Source: Selaginella moellendorffii (lineage: Eukaryota > Plantae > Lycopodiophyta). Taken from it: DNA of 64,000 nucleotides. The DNA lies in assembly GCF_000143415.4 (NCBI RefSeq), contig NW_003314331.1, positions 622,164 to 686,163 of the forward strand, in the 5' to 3' direction. This document shows, in pieces, positions 35,700 to 48,854 of the stretch. The position numbers and the translations under genes are program-made. Below the pieces are notes generated by a model. That model made no database searches and was not told where the DNA came from. It saw only the letters and a program-made list of their open reading frames with translations. Position 1 is the stretch's first letter; every line of letters begins with the position of its first letter.

Positions 35700-36700
35700 T
35701 GAAGCTAAGCTGGATTGAGCACATGGAGAAATATAAGTACCTAGTCAATCAACACCTCCTGTGAAAACTGAAGTAGAGGAGCCCATCACATCAGTGGCAA
35801 GGGCTTCCAATCAACGTACATAGGTGGGGTGTCAAACACACCTATTACATGACAAAAGTAACAATAGTGGCTTTGTATGGAGCAAAAGTTAAGTCCAAGA
35901 CTATAAGCATTTCATCTCAGCAGAATTTAGGGTGTACAAGGTTCTATATCTGGAGACAAGCTTACTTCCAATGGAGATTTTCTCTTGGAGACATTGCATC
36001 ATGTATGTGTGAAGTGCATACTTTCTCCATAGGCAGAAACTTACAGATGCAGCAATTGCTGAATCACAACACATGGCCCAAGTGCTTGGAAAAGGTTAGT
36101 GGCAGACTCTCGAGATATGGACAGCCACCCTTGGCCATGACTTCTCCACATTGATGATAGAACTATTCGAACAATTGGAGTTTTGGACCTGGCAATCTCT
36201 AACGTTGGTGTGACGCTTGGATGAATCCCTTTTGGAATTTATGTGAACACCATCAACCCGAGGTGCCAATTCGGTTTCACAATCTATAACAACCTCACCC
36301 CCTTGCAATCAGAGAATCTTGCCAAGATTGATAATGGAATTTGAACATTGTTTGAAACCGTTGCTACTGCCTCTGCACCACATGTTATGAAGAAGTTTGA
36401 AGATGTGGAGCATGTGGTCAACAGGCAAATGTTTGGCCAAGGACATTTGTAAATTTCTATGAGAAATGGAGATCAAACACCAATCCTTAGTCATTGATGC
36501 CATGCTTGTGATCATATTGCAGCTGAGTTAGAAGCAAAACAAGGGTGACAACACTTCTCATTGTAAATGCCAAGGATTGTGTTGAGGTTCCAACCCAAGA
36601 TGCATCAAGAGGAGCAATAGGCAAGTTGGTGAAGTTGAGGGCGGGGACAGAAGGTGTGGTGGCGGAGCTTAGCAAACAAATGGCTCATAAACATGATAAA
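35700..36700. mobile_element. Probable decayed retroelement fragments
   Basis: Short matches to the copia-associated segment near 7500 (CTTCTCCATAGGCA) and stop-riddled frames; family not securely identified. Confidence 0.25.
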
Positions 36701-37007
36701 CTAATTATGAATTATTTTAAAACTGTATCAAACTTTAATAGGTGATCAGAATATTCATGGGAATAGATAATTAGTAAGCTCTGCTTTGCCCTAATTCTCT
36801 CTCTTTTGTTCTTCGAGAATGCAGCCCCCCAGATTAGGTCTTAGCTAGCGGGATTCTCTCTCGATCGATCATGGTAGCTCGAGCCGACTAGGGAATCCAC
36901 CGTATCGCATGGTAGCTGATGTGAATCTGTGTAAGCGGCATCGAATTCCTTGCTTGTAGCTCCGATGGATGGGTTTTTGTGCGATTGTGGCAGCTCCTCC
37001 GGGGATT

Positions 37008-39842
37008 ATGGTGATGGAGAGGGAAATGGCGCAGTTCTCGCAGCTGCCGCGGCTGTGTGCGTCAATGCGGCTCTTGGAATTTCCAGAGCGGTATGTCTTT
37101 GAGCCGATGGACGGACCTCATCGGCCTCTTTCGTTTGATCGCGTGACTGGAGAAGCGTCTCTTGTTGGTATGGTAGATTTTATTTTCTTTTGTCTTCGTC
37201 AATGAAAGTTTTTCTTTCTTTTTCTCTTTTCAGAAGTCATGCCCATTGATCAAGACGTGCCATCTTCTACAGTTTATGGAATCCTTGGGATGATCAGACT
37301 ACTGGCAGGCATGCTACTCTTTTCTAAAGTCTGGACAGCATTTTTTTTTTTTTTTTTCGATTTGCGCGTGTTTCAGGAACTTATATCTTCGTGATTACCT
37401 CGAGGGATGAGACTGGAACTTACCGCGGCGTGCCAATTTTTAGAGTGTCGTCAATGAGGATCCTGGAATGTAATGCACAGTTTGAAGGCCTAGGTGATGA
37501 AGAGGTTGTAACAGCTTCTACGCTCGTCCTGTCTTAAAGCTTACTGTGTTTCTTTCTCTGCAGAAGAAAGATGAGGTCCATTTTCTAAGCCTCTTGAAAT
37601 CAGTGGAGGCATCTCAAGGACTGTATTTCTCCTTCGAGACGGACTTGACGCTTACGTAAGTATGAAGCTCGTTAATTGTAATGTCGCTGCTGAAGGCGCT
37701 ATTTTTTGGCAGCACGCAGCTATCGCATGGAGTGCTAAAACCAGAATTGCAGTCGCTCTGGAAGATGGTACAATTTCTTAGTGCAGTTACTTGAAAAATC
37801 ATGCTTGTTTTTTCGTTTCCCTCACAGGCAGATCCCAGATTTTTGTGGAACAGGCACTTGCTAGAGGAGCTTATCGAAAGGAAGGTCAGTAGCAGATGAT
37901 GCGCCCTCAATTGAATTGACGTTCTACTCTCTGCAGCTGGAACCGTACATACTGCCGGTTATTCAAGGCAATATCCACACCCTGGGGATAGTTTTTCTAA
38001 AATGCTTACGACTCCTTAACATGACACACGCTATCAGACAATGCAGATATTGATAGGAGACAAATTGGCAACTATTGCTTTGCTGTCGAGACGCTGCATC
38101 CGCAGAATTGGTAACACAGCTCTTTTGATTTTACTCCTGTTTCAATTTGTCGGTTTTGCACTGTAGGTACGAGGATGTGGCGAAGGGGAGCAAATCTTGA
38201 AGGCTATGCTGCTAACTTTGTTGAGACGGAACAAATACTTGAGGTTGATGGTTATACTGCATCATATGTACAGGTATTCGTCGTGTTACACTGAAGTCTT
38301 TGTGATTTTTAAACAGTAATTTGCAGGTTCGGGGCTCAATACCTGTAGTATGGGAGCAAATAGTGGACCTCACGTATAAACCAACGATCCGGCCTTTGTG
38401 TCTAGATGAAACGGTATGCTTTTAAGTCACTTGATCATGAAATGAATTCACCTCCCGTGATCAGCCTAAAGTGGTGGAGCGTCACTTCCGTGACATATCA
38501 AAAAGATATGGTTCTGTTGTGGCGGTAGACTTGATAGACCAGGTGAGGCTGCCGTATGTATGCAATATGTGTATTTATAGTGTGCAACTCTTTTTCAGCA
38601 AGGGAGTGAAGGGGTCTTGAGTTTAGCATATGCAAATGCTATGCAAAGGCTCGTAACTGACAAGCTACGGTAAGGATGCAGTTTATTTCATAAGTTTGTG
38701 GTTATCAATATTCATTTTCATGTGCAGCTATGTGCAGTTTGATTTTCATCGTATATGTGGTCACATACACTTTGAACGTCTATCCGTGCTTTATGAGGAC
38801 GTGAAAAACAGTATTCTCGAACAGAGGTACACGCAAAAATGTTGCCGCTGTTGATGTTTGCTGCTTTTAACAGGTTCTTCTTGGCCAATGCCACTGGCGA
38901 CGTCGTTCAAATACAGCTTGGTGTTATTAGAACTAACTGCGTGGACTGCTTAGACCGGACAAATGTTACTCAGGTTCCGAACTTGACAAGCTAAAAGAAA
39001 AAGAAACTAATATCTCGTTTGTGTTTTCTCTAGAGTTTGTTTGGAAGGAAAGCACTAGAGACTCAGCTTCGGCATCTCGGTGTTTTCAAGGCTTCAGATA
39101 CAATACACAAGGATCCAAGTTTTGACGCGAAATTCAAAGCAAGTAAGTTCATTGTATTTTCAATACAAAAAGCCTTCACGAATGCGCGTAGTGTGGGCGA
39201 ACCACGGGGACGAGATAAGCATACAATATTCAGGAACCCCGGCGTTGAAAGGGGATTTCGTAAGGTAAGTCTGAATTGGATATGCAATCTTCCGTCTGAC
39301 TCTGTGATAGATACGGGAAGCGTACCGTTTTTGGCCTCATTCGCGACGGCTTTAATGCACTTGCTCGATATTTCTACAACAATTTTACAGACGGTGTCAA
39401 ACAGGTAATGTGTGCCCCCACTGCAAAGAGACCCCTGATGGTGACATGTTCTGACCCTGTCCAGGACGCCATGGATCTGGTAGCCGGTCATTACACTGCT
39501 GCACGAAACAAGCCATCACCTTTCAAGCTGAATGGCCTCGAAGCTCTGGCTGTATGAAAGCTTTTTGCTGTTCAAGCTCTAACATGTCATTTTGGCAGTA
39601 CCTTCCATTCGCTTCAGCTGTTATGCTCACAGGATTAACAATGACGACTGTATCATTGCGGCAAGGTATTAAGAAATCCTAGCGAGAGATTTGACTGTAA
39701 ACTCTGTTTTGCAGTTGGCCAAGATATATACCAGTTTTTTTACTCGGTAGTCTGGGCCGGTCTGACAGCGAGCACGATGGCTCTGGTCAAAGCAAACGGA
39801 CGCCAATTTTGTAACAGACCTCGGCTTTGCGCGCTTCATTAA
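37008..39842 (+). CDS. SAC8: SAC-domain phosphoinositide phosphatase, SAC8-like (many short exons; one AT-AC and one GC-AG intron)
   Basis: [12 protein letters not shown]; [10 protein letters not shown]; ADPRFLWN; [24 protein letters not shown]; [10 protein letters not shown]; catalytic [15 protein letters not shown]; [14 protein letters not shown]; C-terminal TM segments and [15 protein letters not shown]. Start could be 36969, 37008 or 37014. Confidence 0.9.
37971..38029 (+). other. U12-type AT-AC intron in the SAC gene
   Basis: 5' ATATCCAC, branch site TCCTTAAC at 38013-38020, 3' AC. Removal restores LPVIQGSYQTMQI. Confidence 0.9.
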
Positions 39843-40222
39843 GAACTCAGGTACTTCGAAGTCGCACAGGCAGGTGGTAGTAGACTTCTACTCACATCAC
39901 GTCTTTAAATGGCGCAGATTTGGCGAATCGACTCTGGAATTCCTCCAAAAGATAAGTAGTTTCTGATGTTTAATATCCTCTCATCCTTGCGAGCGCGAGC
40001 CGCGAGTCCGCGACTCATATGCAAACGCAGCAAGCGAAGAAGAAGAAGTAGAAGAATGTTCACTCGTTGGCTCGAGAGCTCCTGTACATACGTGACTTTG
40101 TTTAAGAGGCAGTGAGATCCGGTTGAGATATTCACCCATGTTACAGGTACTGTGGGTATGTGTCCCCGGCTAGAATGGACAGCAGCTCTGTCTCCTTGGA
40201 CCTTGCAAAGAGCATGTGAGGA

Positions 40223-41418
40223 TGTGGAGCGTAAATGCTGTTGCCGAGAAAAGTTTTTTCTTCTCGTCGGGCCAGCGGAACTTGACTCCCCGTTGCAAGG
40301 CAAGCAAGTTTTCCTAAGTTGTATTCTAATCTTTCTCTCTTTGTTGCTTGTGGCAGAAGCTGGTGATCAAACGTCCCAGCGTGTCAAAGAGCGAGGTAAG
40401 ATTTTCTTTCCATTTGTTTTGGGGTTTGAGGCTAACAATGTTTACGCAGTGCAAACTGTCACCACCAAACGCGGTGGATTTGTTTGATCCAAACGCTTTG
40501 CATTCCAGTGAAGAGGAAGAAGAAGAAGATCATATGGATGGATATGCATTGACATCACGTAAATTAACTGGCGCTGAGTACACCTCATTGACAAGGAGCT
40601 GTTATCGTGTGGAGGTACTTTGGCGAGTAGAATTGTTTGGGTGTGTTTGCTGTTACTGGAACAACTGTGACCCCTACGTGATTTGTTTTGTCTGTCGCTG
40701 TTTCGCTCGTCGTCGTGTGGCGTCGAAAGCTTTGGCTGCTTTGTTCGTTTCTAGTGAACTTCCATCTATATAATTTGGACGAGCAAAATGTTAAAGAATA
40801 GTTTTCAAAAGACCTGCACGAACACGAGCTCAGCGCTGATAGATTTATGTAGCTTGGAGCCAACAAAAGAGCGCCCACCTTCTTTGCGACTTCTTTTTTA
40901 AAAGGCTTCCTTCTCTGGCATCGATCGAGCAAACACCATTCGAGGACACTGCAAAGAGTGGTATCAGCAAATGACAAGAGCCAAAAGAGCATGAAAACTT
41001 ACAGGAGAACTCCAGCTTTGGTGTCGGCAGCGTCGCGAGAGTACCGAGAAAAGTGGTGAGCGAGACAAGCGAAAAGCAAAAGGAATGCCTTCCCTCTTCC
41101 AGGATCGAGATATTCAGTTCCGCTGGAGCAAGCAAGAATCTTTTGAAAAGCTCCAGACGTTGAGAGGATCGCAAGCAGCAGCAGCAGCAGCAGCCACCCC
41201 GTATGTTGGGCATGATTCCCAGGCGAGTTTTTGTACTTCCGATATGTTCCAAGGGAACATATCGATCGGAGCGAAGTGTCTTGCGCGCGTTTTCCACCCC
41301 CTCTCGTCTGCGAGAAAATGATTCAGTCGAGACGACCAAAGCTAAAACAAAAAAGCAAAAGCTCTCCACTAGAACATTACCTGGACTGGACGATTCTTCC
41401 TTCGACCCGAAGTGTTAA
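40223..41418 (+). pseudogene. Putative spliced lineage-specific gene or pseudogene
   Basis: Plausible exons flanked by GC/GT-AG sites (KLVIKRPSVSKSE|CKLSPP...EEEEEEDH...), then a long hydrophilic frame broken by TGA codons. No domain recognised. Confidence 0.3.
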
Positions 41419-41709
41419 CTGTTTCGCTCTCTCTCTCTCTCTCGCTCTCGCTCTCCAGTTCTCACGTCACGCCGCCCTGAGCTTTGGCAGCGGCACGTCC
41501 AGTATATACAACCTACGTCCACAGGCAACATCAGTAGTTGGACCACAGCTTACTGTGCAAAGAAATGAAAAACAAATGCAAAGGAAAGGTGTAGAGGACA
41601 AACCGCAGAGGGGCAAATGGTCCAAAATCCAAAATGTTGGCATCCATATCGCAAGTTGCTGTGGTGTTCTAGGGACGAGGCCCCCACTCTGTGCTTACTG
41701 TGCCGGTCC

Positions 41710-41718
41710 TATATAAAT
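41710..41718 (+). promoter_or_regulatory. TATA box of the polyamine oxidase gene, followed by a (CT)n leader
   Basis: TATATAAAT with a downstream CT-rich tract, about 700 bp upstream of the CDS; leader intron 42287-42401. Confidence 0.55.
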
Positions 41719-42214
41719 GGACCGCGACCGCTCATAGAGACCCACCACTGCTCTCTCTCTCTCTCTCTTTCAACTCCTTCAAGTGTGTGTTTGTCGCAAC
41801 AGCAGTTCATCACAGCTTCTCACTGCAGCAGCAAGAAAAGGGAGCATTAGTTAGCAGTAGTGGAACAAGTGTTGCTTGCGGTGGAATAGCAAGCCAACAG
41901 CAAAGAGAAAAAAGGAAAAGAATCTACCTCGGCTTTTGGTACCTCTGTGCCAATCCTTTTCTTCCTCGTGCCTCCGACTTCCCCTTGCTGTGATCTGTCT
42001 CTCTCCCCCTCCATTCTGCAGTGTCCAAAGACAGGCCAGCTCGCATTCCAGTCCCCGACTTTCTTCTGTCTGCCTTTTCTTCTGATTAGCGCTGCGCAAC
42101 TTGTCCCTGCCACTGCCTTGTCAAGGCTTGGCATTTTCGCTTCAATTGAGCTTCTCCTCTTCTCCTTCTCAGACTTGCGGTCGTTTAACGTCTCGTCGAA
42201 GTGGAAACGAAGCA

Positions 42215-42256
42215 ATGACCTGCGCAACCAGCGCAATCGAGCAACGCTGTGCTTGA
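42215..42256 (+). promoter_or_regulatory. uORF (MTCATSAIEQRCA*) in the predicted PAO leader
   Basis: Only ATG between about 41740 and the leader intron donor; in frame with the main ORF after splicing. Confidence 0.5.
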
Positions 42257-42416
42257 ATCTTCTCCTCCAAAAAAGCTCAACGTCAGGTACCGCATGCATG
42301 ATTATAATCATAAGCATACCCTCCTTCTCCATTCAACTCCCTCGTGAAGATGAAGTGACCAGTTCGTCTTTCGCTTTTCCTTTCCTTCTTCCTTCCATCA
42401 GGCCTTGCGAAAGCTC

Positions 42417-44063
42417 ATGGAGCTCAAGAAGCTATGCGGAAAACCCCGCGTGATCGTCATTGGAGCCGGCATTTCGGGCCTCTCAGCAGCTCGTCGCTTG
42501 TACTCTTCCCCTGCTGCTGCTCGCGACTGGCAAATCACCGTTTTGGAAGCGAGTGACAGGATCGGCGGCAGAATCTTCACGTCCCAATTCGACACTGGAG
42601 AGCAGATTGAGATCGGTGCTACGTGGATTCACGGCGTCGAAGGCAGTCCCATTTTCGACATCGCTGAAAAGTCCAGAGCACTCCACGGGGATGTTCCGTT
42701 TGAGTGCATGGACGGCTTTCCGGAGCCCCCAATTGTCAAAGCTCAGGGAGGAGTCACTGTGCACTCCACCATTGCACACGACGTTGCCTCCCTCTACAGG
42801 CAGCTCGTCGACGATGTGAACGACCGGAGAGGAGAGCCACCGGAAGTAACCGCGGAGACGCTCGAGCATGGAGACTCTGGCAACCTGGGGTCGTATCTTC
42901 GTCGTGGTTTCGAAAGTTTTCTCGCCAAACAAGCTGCTACACCTGCTGGAGTCAATGCTGCTGAATTGCTGCTCAAACAGGACAACCCCTCCATCGCTTC
43001 CAGCGGCTGGAACTTGAGAGCTCTTCAAGAAGGTGTCTTCACAATTCAGGAGAACTGGGAGCGCTGCGTCACTGCTGCCGAGTCGCTGCACGATCTAGAC
43101 CTCCTTGCGTTCAACGAGTACTGGGAGTTCCCTGGTGAGCAGATAACCATAGGTAAAGGATTCTCCTCTGTTGTCCAGGCTCTCGCCAAGAGCTTGCCAC
43201 CCGACACCATCCGGTTCCACAAGAAAGTCGACAGGGTTGTCTGGACTGATGTAGCTCGAACTTCTGCTTCCTCCGGGTATCCTGTCCAGCTGCATTGCGA
43301 AGACGGCTCCACCTTCGAAGCTGACCACGTTATCGTCACGGTCTCTCTCGGCGTTCTCAAGGCAAAGGCTTTGGAAGAACAGCAGCTATTCCAGCCTCGC
43401 CTGCCCGACTGGAAGCTGGATTCCATAGAGAAGCTCGGCTTCGGTGTCGTGGACAAGCTGTTCGTCCTCGTCGAACCTCCTCCAGATGGCTCTCAACATC
43501 CCAACTTGCAGTTCATCCACAAGTCTCAGGCAGACGCTGACGAAGACGAGGTCCCTCGTTGGATGCGGAAGACTCATTCCCTGTATCCCATCCATAAGAA
43601 GTCCAACGTGCTCGTTGCGTGGTTCGCTGGAGCCGAGGCAAAGGAGATGGAGAAGCTGTCCGACGAAGAGATTGCCCGAGGTGTCCAGAAAACTCTCGCT
43701 GCTTTCGGTGACAAGCGTCGAGTTGCAGGTCTGGGGTCACAGCGGCAGCATTGTTGCAATGGTGGCGACGCCAGTTCTAACGGTGGCACGCACAGCGGCA
43801 AAGTTCACGTAGCTCACGGGTGCTGGAATCGGAATCCTTTGTTTCTCGGCTCCTACTCCTACGTCGCAGTTGGTTCCAATGGTGATGATATCGACCACCT
43901 TGCAGCCCCGGTTCCACGTCTAAGTGACTCAGGTCCTCCATTGCAGTTGCTCTTTGCCGGTGAGGCAACTCACAGGGATCAGTATTCGACGACGCATGGT
44001 GCTTATTTCAGCGGACAAAGGGAAGCCGATCGCCTGATTCAGCATTACAAGGTCGCGAGTTAG
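42417..44063 (+). CDS. PAO5: Flavin-dependent polyamine oxidase, intronless PAO5-type (thermospermine oxidase clade)
   Basis: FAD motif VIVIGAGISGLSAA, LEASDRIGGRI, IEIGATWIHG, ADHVIVTVSLGVLK, GFGVVDKLF, NPLFLGSYSYVAVGS, LLFAGEATHRDQYSTTHGAYFSGQREADRLIQHYK; single coding exon as in AtPAO5. Confidence 0.93.
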   Translation: MELKKLCGKPRVIVIGAGISGLSAARRLYSSPAAARDWQITVLEASDRIGGRIFTSQFDTGEQIEIGATWIHGVEGSPIFDIAEKSRALHGDVPFECMDGFPEPPIVKAQGGVTVHSTIAHDVASLYRQLVDDVNDRRGEPPEVTAETLEHGDSGNLGSYLRRGFESFLAKQAATPAGVNAAELLLKQDNPSIASSGWNLRALQEGVFTIQENWERCVTAAESLHDLDLLAFNEYWEFPGEQITIGKGFSSVVQALAKSLPPDTIRFHKKVDRVVWTDVARTSASSGYPVQLHCEDGSTFEADHVIVTVSLGVLKAKALEEQQLFQPRLPDWKLDSIEKLGFGVVDKLFVLVEPPPDGSQHPNLQFIHKSQADADEDEVPRWMRKTHSLYPIHKKSNVLVAWFAGAEAKEMEKLSDEEIARGVQKTLAAFGDKRRVAGLGSQRQHCCNGGDASSNGGTHSGKVHVAHGCWNRNPLFLGSYSYVAVGSNGDDIDHLAAPVPRLSDSGPPLQLLFAGEATHRDQYSTTHGAYFSGQREADRLIQHYKVAS

Positions 44064-45899
44064 AACCGCAATGAGAAAGTATTTCTAAACGGCATGAGCG
44101 GCAGCAGTTTGATGCGTCTTCTCTAAACATCAAGGAGGCCTTCTAAAACCAAAAGAGGACGATCGTATTACCTTGTTGATAGCGAATTTTGGAAGGTCTG
44201 TCGCCTTCCAGCAGCTTTTTTTTTCCATGCCTAGTATGCCTTACGCGTGTTGATTTGGCTATGTAGTCGTGGTTGCACTTGCACAGAAGAAGCACTGGCA
44301 TGTCAATCACATATATAGTGAGTGCGATAATATAAAACATGGAGAATGAGAAAGATACCTTCGGTTGGAATAGTTGGCTAGCTCTCGCTTGCGGAATCTG
44401 TGGAGACAGTCCATATCCTTTGCAACGGATAAGGTTCCACCTCCGTGGTAGTGCCGACAAAAGCTTCATCAAGTTACGTTTCTCCCAATCATTGGAGTGC
44501 TTCCCTGAAGCATCACCTAGTAGTGCCAGAATTGCTGCTCTGGGATTATAGTGGACGTGAAAGCAATCATCACAATGGCCGTGAGCGATGGCGACGAAGA
44601 ACAGCGAGCAAAGGCTGAAGGAGTTGCGAAACTTTGACCTGTTTAAACGGAGCTCTGTCCTCACTAGCCAACCTCCTCTGGAGAAAAGATGATCAGGATT
44701 GATCCTCGGGAAGTTCAAGCCTGGATGAATCCACGTCGAGAGGACGTCAGCGCCAAGTGAGAGTTTTGACACCTTGACGAGACGACAACACTCTTTTAAC
44801 CACCTTTTCTTCCGCTGGCTTCTTCTGAGCACCCAGTAGCTGTCTTTCATCCTGCCAAGACTAGAAGGCCCAGCCCACGAAGCACTGCCCATGTTTTAGA
44901 AACCATAAGAGAAAGCTCCCCCTTCTTCTTCCTGGTTTCTCCACCACTTTCTTAATCTTTTCTTCTCGCTCGTACGTCAGCTAAGTAGCTTAGAGTGATT
45001 CCCACGGAGCAGCGCTCTGGCTCGAAGCTGGCAATGGGAAGAATTCTAAAAAATCTGGCCACTGCCCGACCTGTGCCCTGCCCTCTTTCTTCCCTTCTCC
45101 TTAAATTTCCTTCTGGGACGATGGAGATGGAGAGCGACCCCACAGCTGCCCCGTCTGTCACTGAAGTCTTTTCTTCCACATTTCCAATGCTTCTCGCTCC
45201 TTAGATGAATGCGCGAAAGAAAGAGGGTACCACTGCCGGATCCCCTGAGATATCGAGAGCTGAGCGAGAGAGAGCCTGGCGTCATACCTCGAGGACGAAG
45301 CCCTCCTCCGCAATAAGAACCCTAAACACTTTACAATTTCCCGCCAAATTTTGGAAAAGCAAAGAGCCCTATTTAGTGATGGAGCATGACATTTTTGAAG
45401 AGAAAAGCATCAAAACTACGAGTGTGTGCTCTTGCGTGTTTTTCACTCTATTGATACCTTTCCTGGAATGTTTCTAACTTTTTGATTTGCTTAAGTGGTG
45501 GATATAATGCTTGGATATTCTAAAATATTCTACCATCTAATTCTTTTAGATTAATGTTGGCCCAAGAACAGATTGTGCCCTGCACTTAAAATGTGTTAGT
45601 GAGAGAGAAGCTAAAGAAGAATTAAGGTTCTAGGGAAAAATCCATTTGATGGCACTTATGTTTATGGTTAAACTTTAAGCCACACTTTCAAATAAAACTA
45701 CTCAAAAATCTGGGGTTCTGCCAGGTATTTCTTGCAGAAAACATCATTAGAAGCCTTGAGTTGTTTTTTTTCCAGGTCATGGGAGACGAATCAAATTTAA
45801 AAATGTGGAAGACAAAAATGCAGCCCTTGAGTCCCTTGTAGCTAAGGAGGAAAAACTTCTAGTCTAATTAGTTTTGAAAGATTTGTGTAAATTTTTTAG

Positions 45900-48800
45900 T
45901 TTTATTGATAGAATATAAATGTATAGCATACTTCGATAATCATTGCTTAACTAAGCTATCAACAATTATATCATGCTTAAAATGATCACAATATAATTAC
46001 TATAATTTATTTGATTATTATTATATAGTTACTCAAAGAGTTCATTGTAGAGTATAATACCAAGTCATTAATCTAAAATAATCTTGGAACTCTCACCAAA
46101 AACCTAATTCTCTTCTAATAAAAGCTTTTAGAATTCTTAATTATATCATATATTGATCAATTGAACTAATAAGTGAATAATTTTTTAAGGTTAGGTTTTT
46201 AGATATAATATTTTAAATATGAAAGTTCATTGATGAATTTCTATATTATAAATCTATGTAATGCTCTATTGGATTAATTACTTCAATGCCATAGGACATG
46301 GATTTGTGAGTGCATAGAATATATATCAAAATCTTACTATGTTAATATTAATATATGCCATCATAACCATATATTTGAACCTTACATCATCTCTTTTTCT
46401 CATAAGGATGGAATGTAATTAAGGTTTTTTGGTTGATAAATTAGAATCTAGAAGAACTTCAGGAGGAGGTATCAGTGGATCTGTATATGGTGTAATTTAT
46501 TCCTAATCCCTTTGTATGAAGCACTTCAACCATTATATATATGCATAATTTCTAAAGGATTGATTTATTGAATATCATGCCAAACTTCATAAACTTGCAA
46601 TCTAATTTATCACCACACTCAATATGGTCACTTTAACTAAGTAAAGAGCCTTTTAGACAAATCACGTATTATATGATTGAGAAAACAAACTAATAGTAAG
46701 TCATTTATTTTGTACTTTACAGGTGGATGCCAATAAGAGTTATAGCACCATTGTTATCTCACTTGTATGCAACCAAAGTGTTTTAACAAACTCTATTCAA
46801 ACAAGTAAAAGAATGCTCATCAAATATTTTTCCCAATATCTAAGCTCATGATAATTGTGAAGGTAAACTCAACTCCATTAAAAGTATTACATCATGATTA
46901 TATAAAAGTTTATATAGTGAAGTATTAATGAAACTTTGAACTCTTGTAACATACACATCCTGAAGAAATCATCTTAATCTAAATGTTTAAAGTTTAAATA
47001 TTTTGTGATCATTCATTTGAAGATCCAAATAAGCCATTCCACTAAACCATCCATCTAAGCACTCTTGATAGTGTGGCATATCTCTAGCCTAGATATTAAG
47101 ATGTGAATGCGTCAACCATGAATGCAAGATCATTATCCGAAAGAATCTAATTAAGGAAGAAATATCCAATAGTAGTCACTGATGCATTAGCAAGACCACT
47201 AACTTTCACCTAGCGAGTCAAGTAATTGGAAGCAATAATGATATATTCTTTGTGAACAATTGAACATGGAAAAGGCCCCATTAAATTCAAATGCCATTAA
47301 ATTCAATAAGAGGAAGTAAATTTTACTCTACACTTTGTGGATATTGAACATTAACTATAATAATTACTAACAATATAGAATCCTCGTCTAGAAATGACAC
47401 TAATGCTGGAATAACAGATTTGTAAAGAACATGAAAAGAGAGCAAAATAAAAAGTAGAACTTGGAAAAGGGCATTAGCATTAACTATACAACTCCCTTAA
47501 TGATGAATAACCTCAAAATTATATATCTAAAACTTAAAAGTCCATTAAACCAACCATATGAAGTACCATAGCATGATTATCTTTTAGTAATGTCTGAGAA
47601 CCATGCAAATATCCATGAAACAAATTGTTACTAAATATTCATTCTTTATTATAAAGTAATTTATTTCCACTGATTATAATGTATTACTCATATATACAAT
47701 AAGATAACACTGAACAAATATATTTGTGCTTTTTTACATCAACACATCTCTTAAACTAATATCAAAAACATCCACATACAAAGTAAAAGGACAAAGTGTA
47801 ATTAGGATACACTAAAATTAAAAGAGTTATCAATAGCTCTTTCAGATTTAAAAGTGCTATTTTGCAATCTTTAAACTTGATGAAAGATGATATTGATGGC
47901 TTTACCAATACTTATAATTGTGCAGTATGATATAAAAAATGATCAATAAAATAATTGAGATATTACATTTTACCTAAAAAGTATTGCATATTATTCATAC
48001 ACTTTAAGTAGAGAACTTTATAACAATTAAAAGTTTGTCAGAATTAACTTTCAAATTTTCACAAGAAATATAATACCTAAAATAAATTATATCTTTAGAT
48101 CCAAATATACACTTTGATTGCTTTAGCTTTAAACTAAATTCGCACAATCTATTTAACACCTTGCAAACATTACAAATGTGCCCTTCTTACATCCCCTATG
48201 AGTGCATTAAGACATCATCAATAAATTCACTAATCACTTTTGGCATGTCGCAAAAACCCTCATTCGCTGGAAAATTTGCCAAAACATTGTTCAAATTTAA
48301 AAGCATCACTAACTTCTACAAATCAAATGATGTACAAAAAACAATTTTAGGAACATTTGTTTTAGCCATTGACATTTACTAACACTTTAAAAAAAAAATT
48401 AATTTGATGAACCAACTACTTTTCTAAAAACAATCTAGAAAATTAGTAATGTGAGGAAGAGGGTACACATTCAAGATAATCACTTTATTTAACTGACAAT
48501 AGTTGATATAGAATCAAATACTCCATAGGCTTTGTTATAAAATAATATTTATATGTTTAAAGATTTTAAGACTTTTGGATAATACCCTTCTTTAGCATCT
48601 CCTTGACATTTGCAAAAAAAATCTTTATCTCCTTTAATGATTGATGTTGAATAAGAATTTTGATTGAACAAGCTTACTTATAATGTTACTTCATTGATAA
48701 TCAAGCCATTGTGATTTTTATATATTATTCTAGTGATTGTGAGCAATGTGTTTACGAAATTAATTACTTAAATGATAATTAACCCCAAAGTGCTTAATAG
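45900..48800 (-). mobile_element. Decayed Ty3/gypsy pol remnant (RT-RNaseH-integrase), copy A
   Basis: Minus strand LKLKQSKCIFG-type RT motif near 48100-48140; AT-enriched, no intact ORF; paralogue of 55100-61250. Confidence 0.75.
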
Positions 48801-48854
48801 TGATGCTAATTAGTATCTGTGCCAATGACAAAAGCACAGTTTCCAACAGTATAC

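Noticed and set aside
42460-43968. Antisense and alternate-frame ORFs over PAO5 (likewise over KEG and the kinase)
   Set aside because: Expected shadows of GC-rich coding sequence.
44143-45300. Minus-strand 249-aa ORF and neighbouring ORFs
   Set aside because: No recognisable domain or coherent exon model; possibly a gene remnant, but not supportable.
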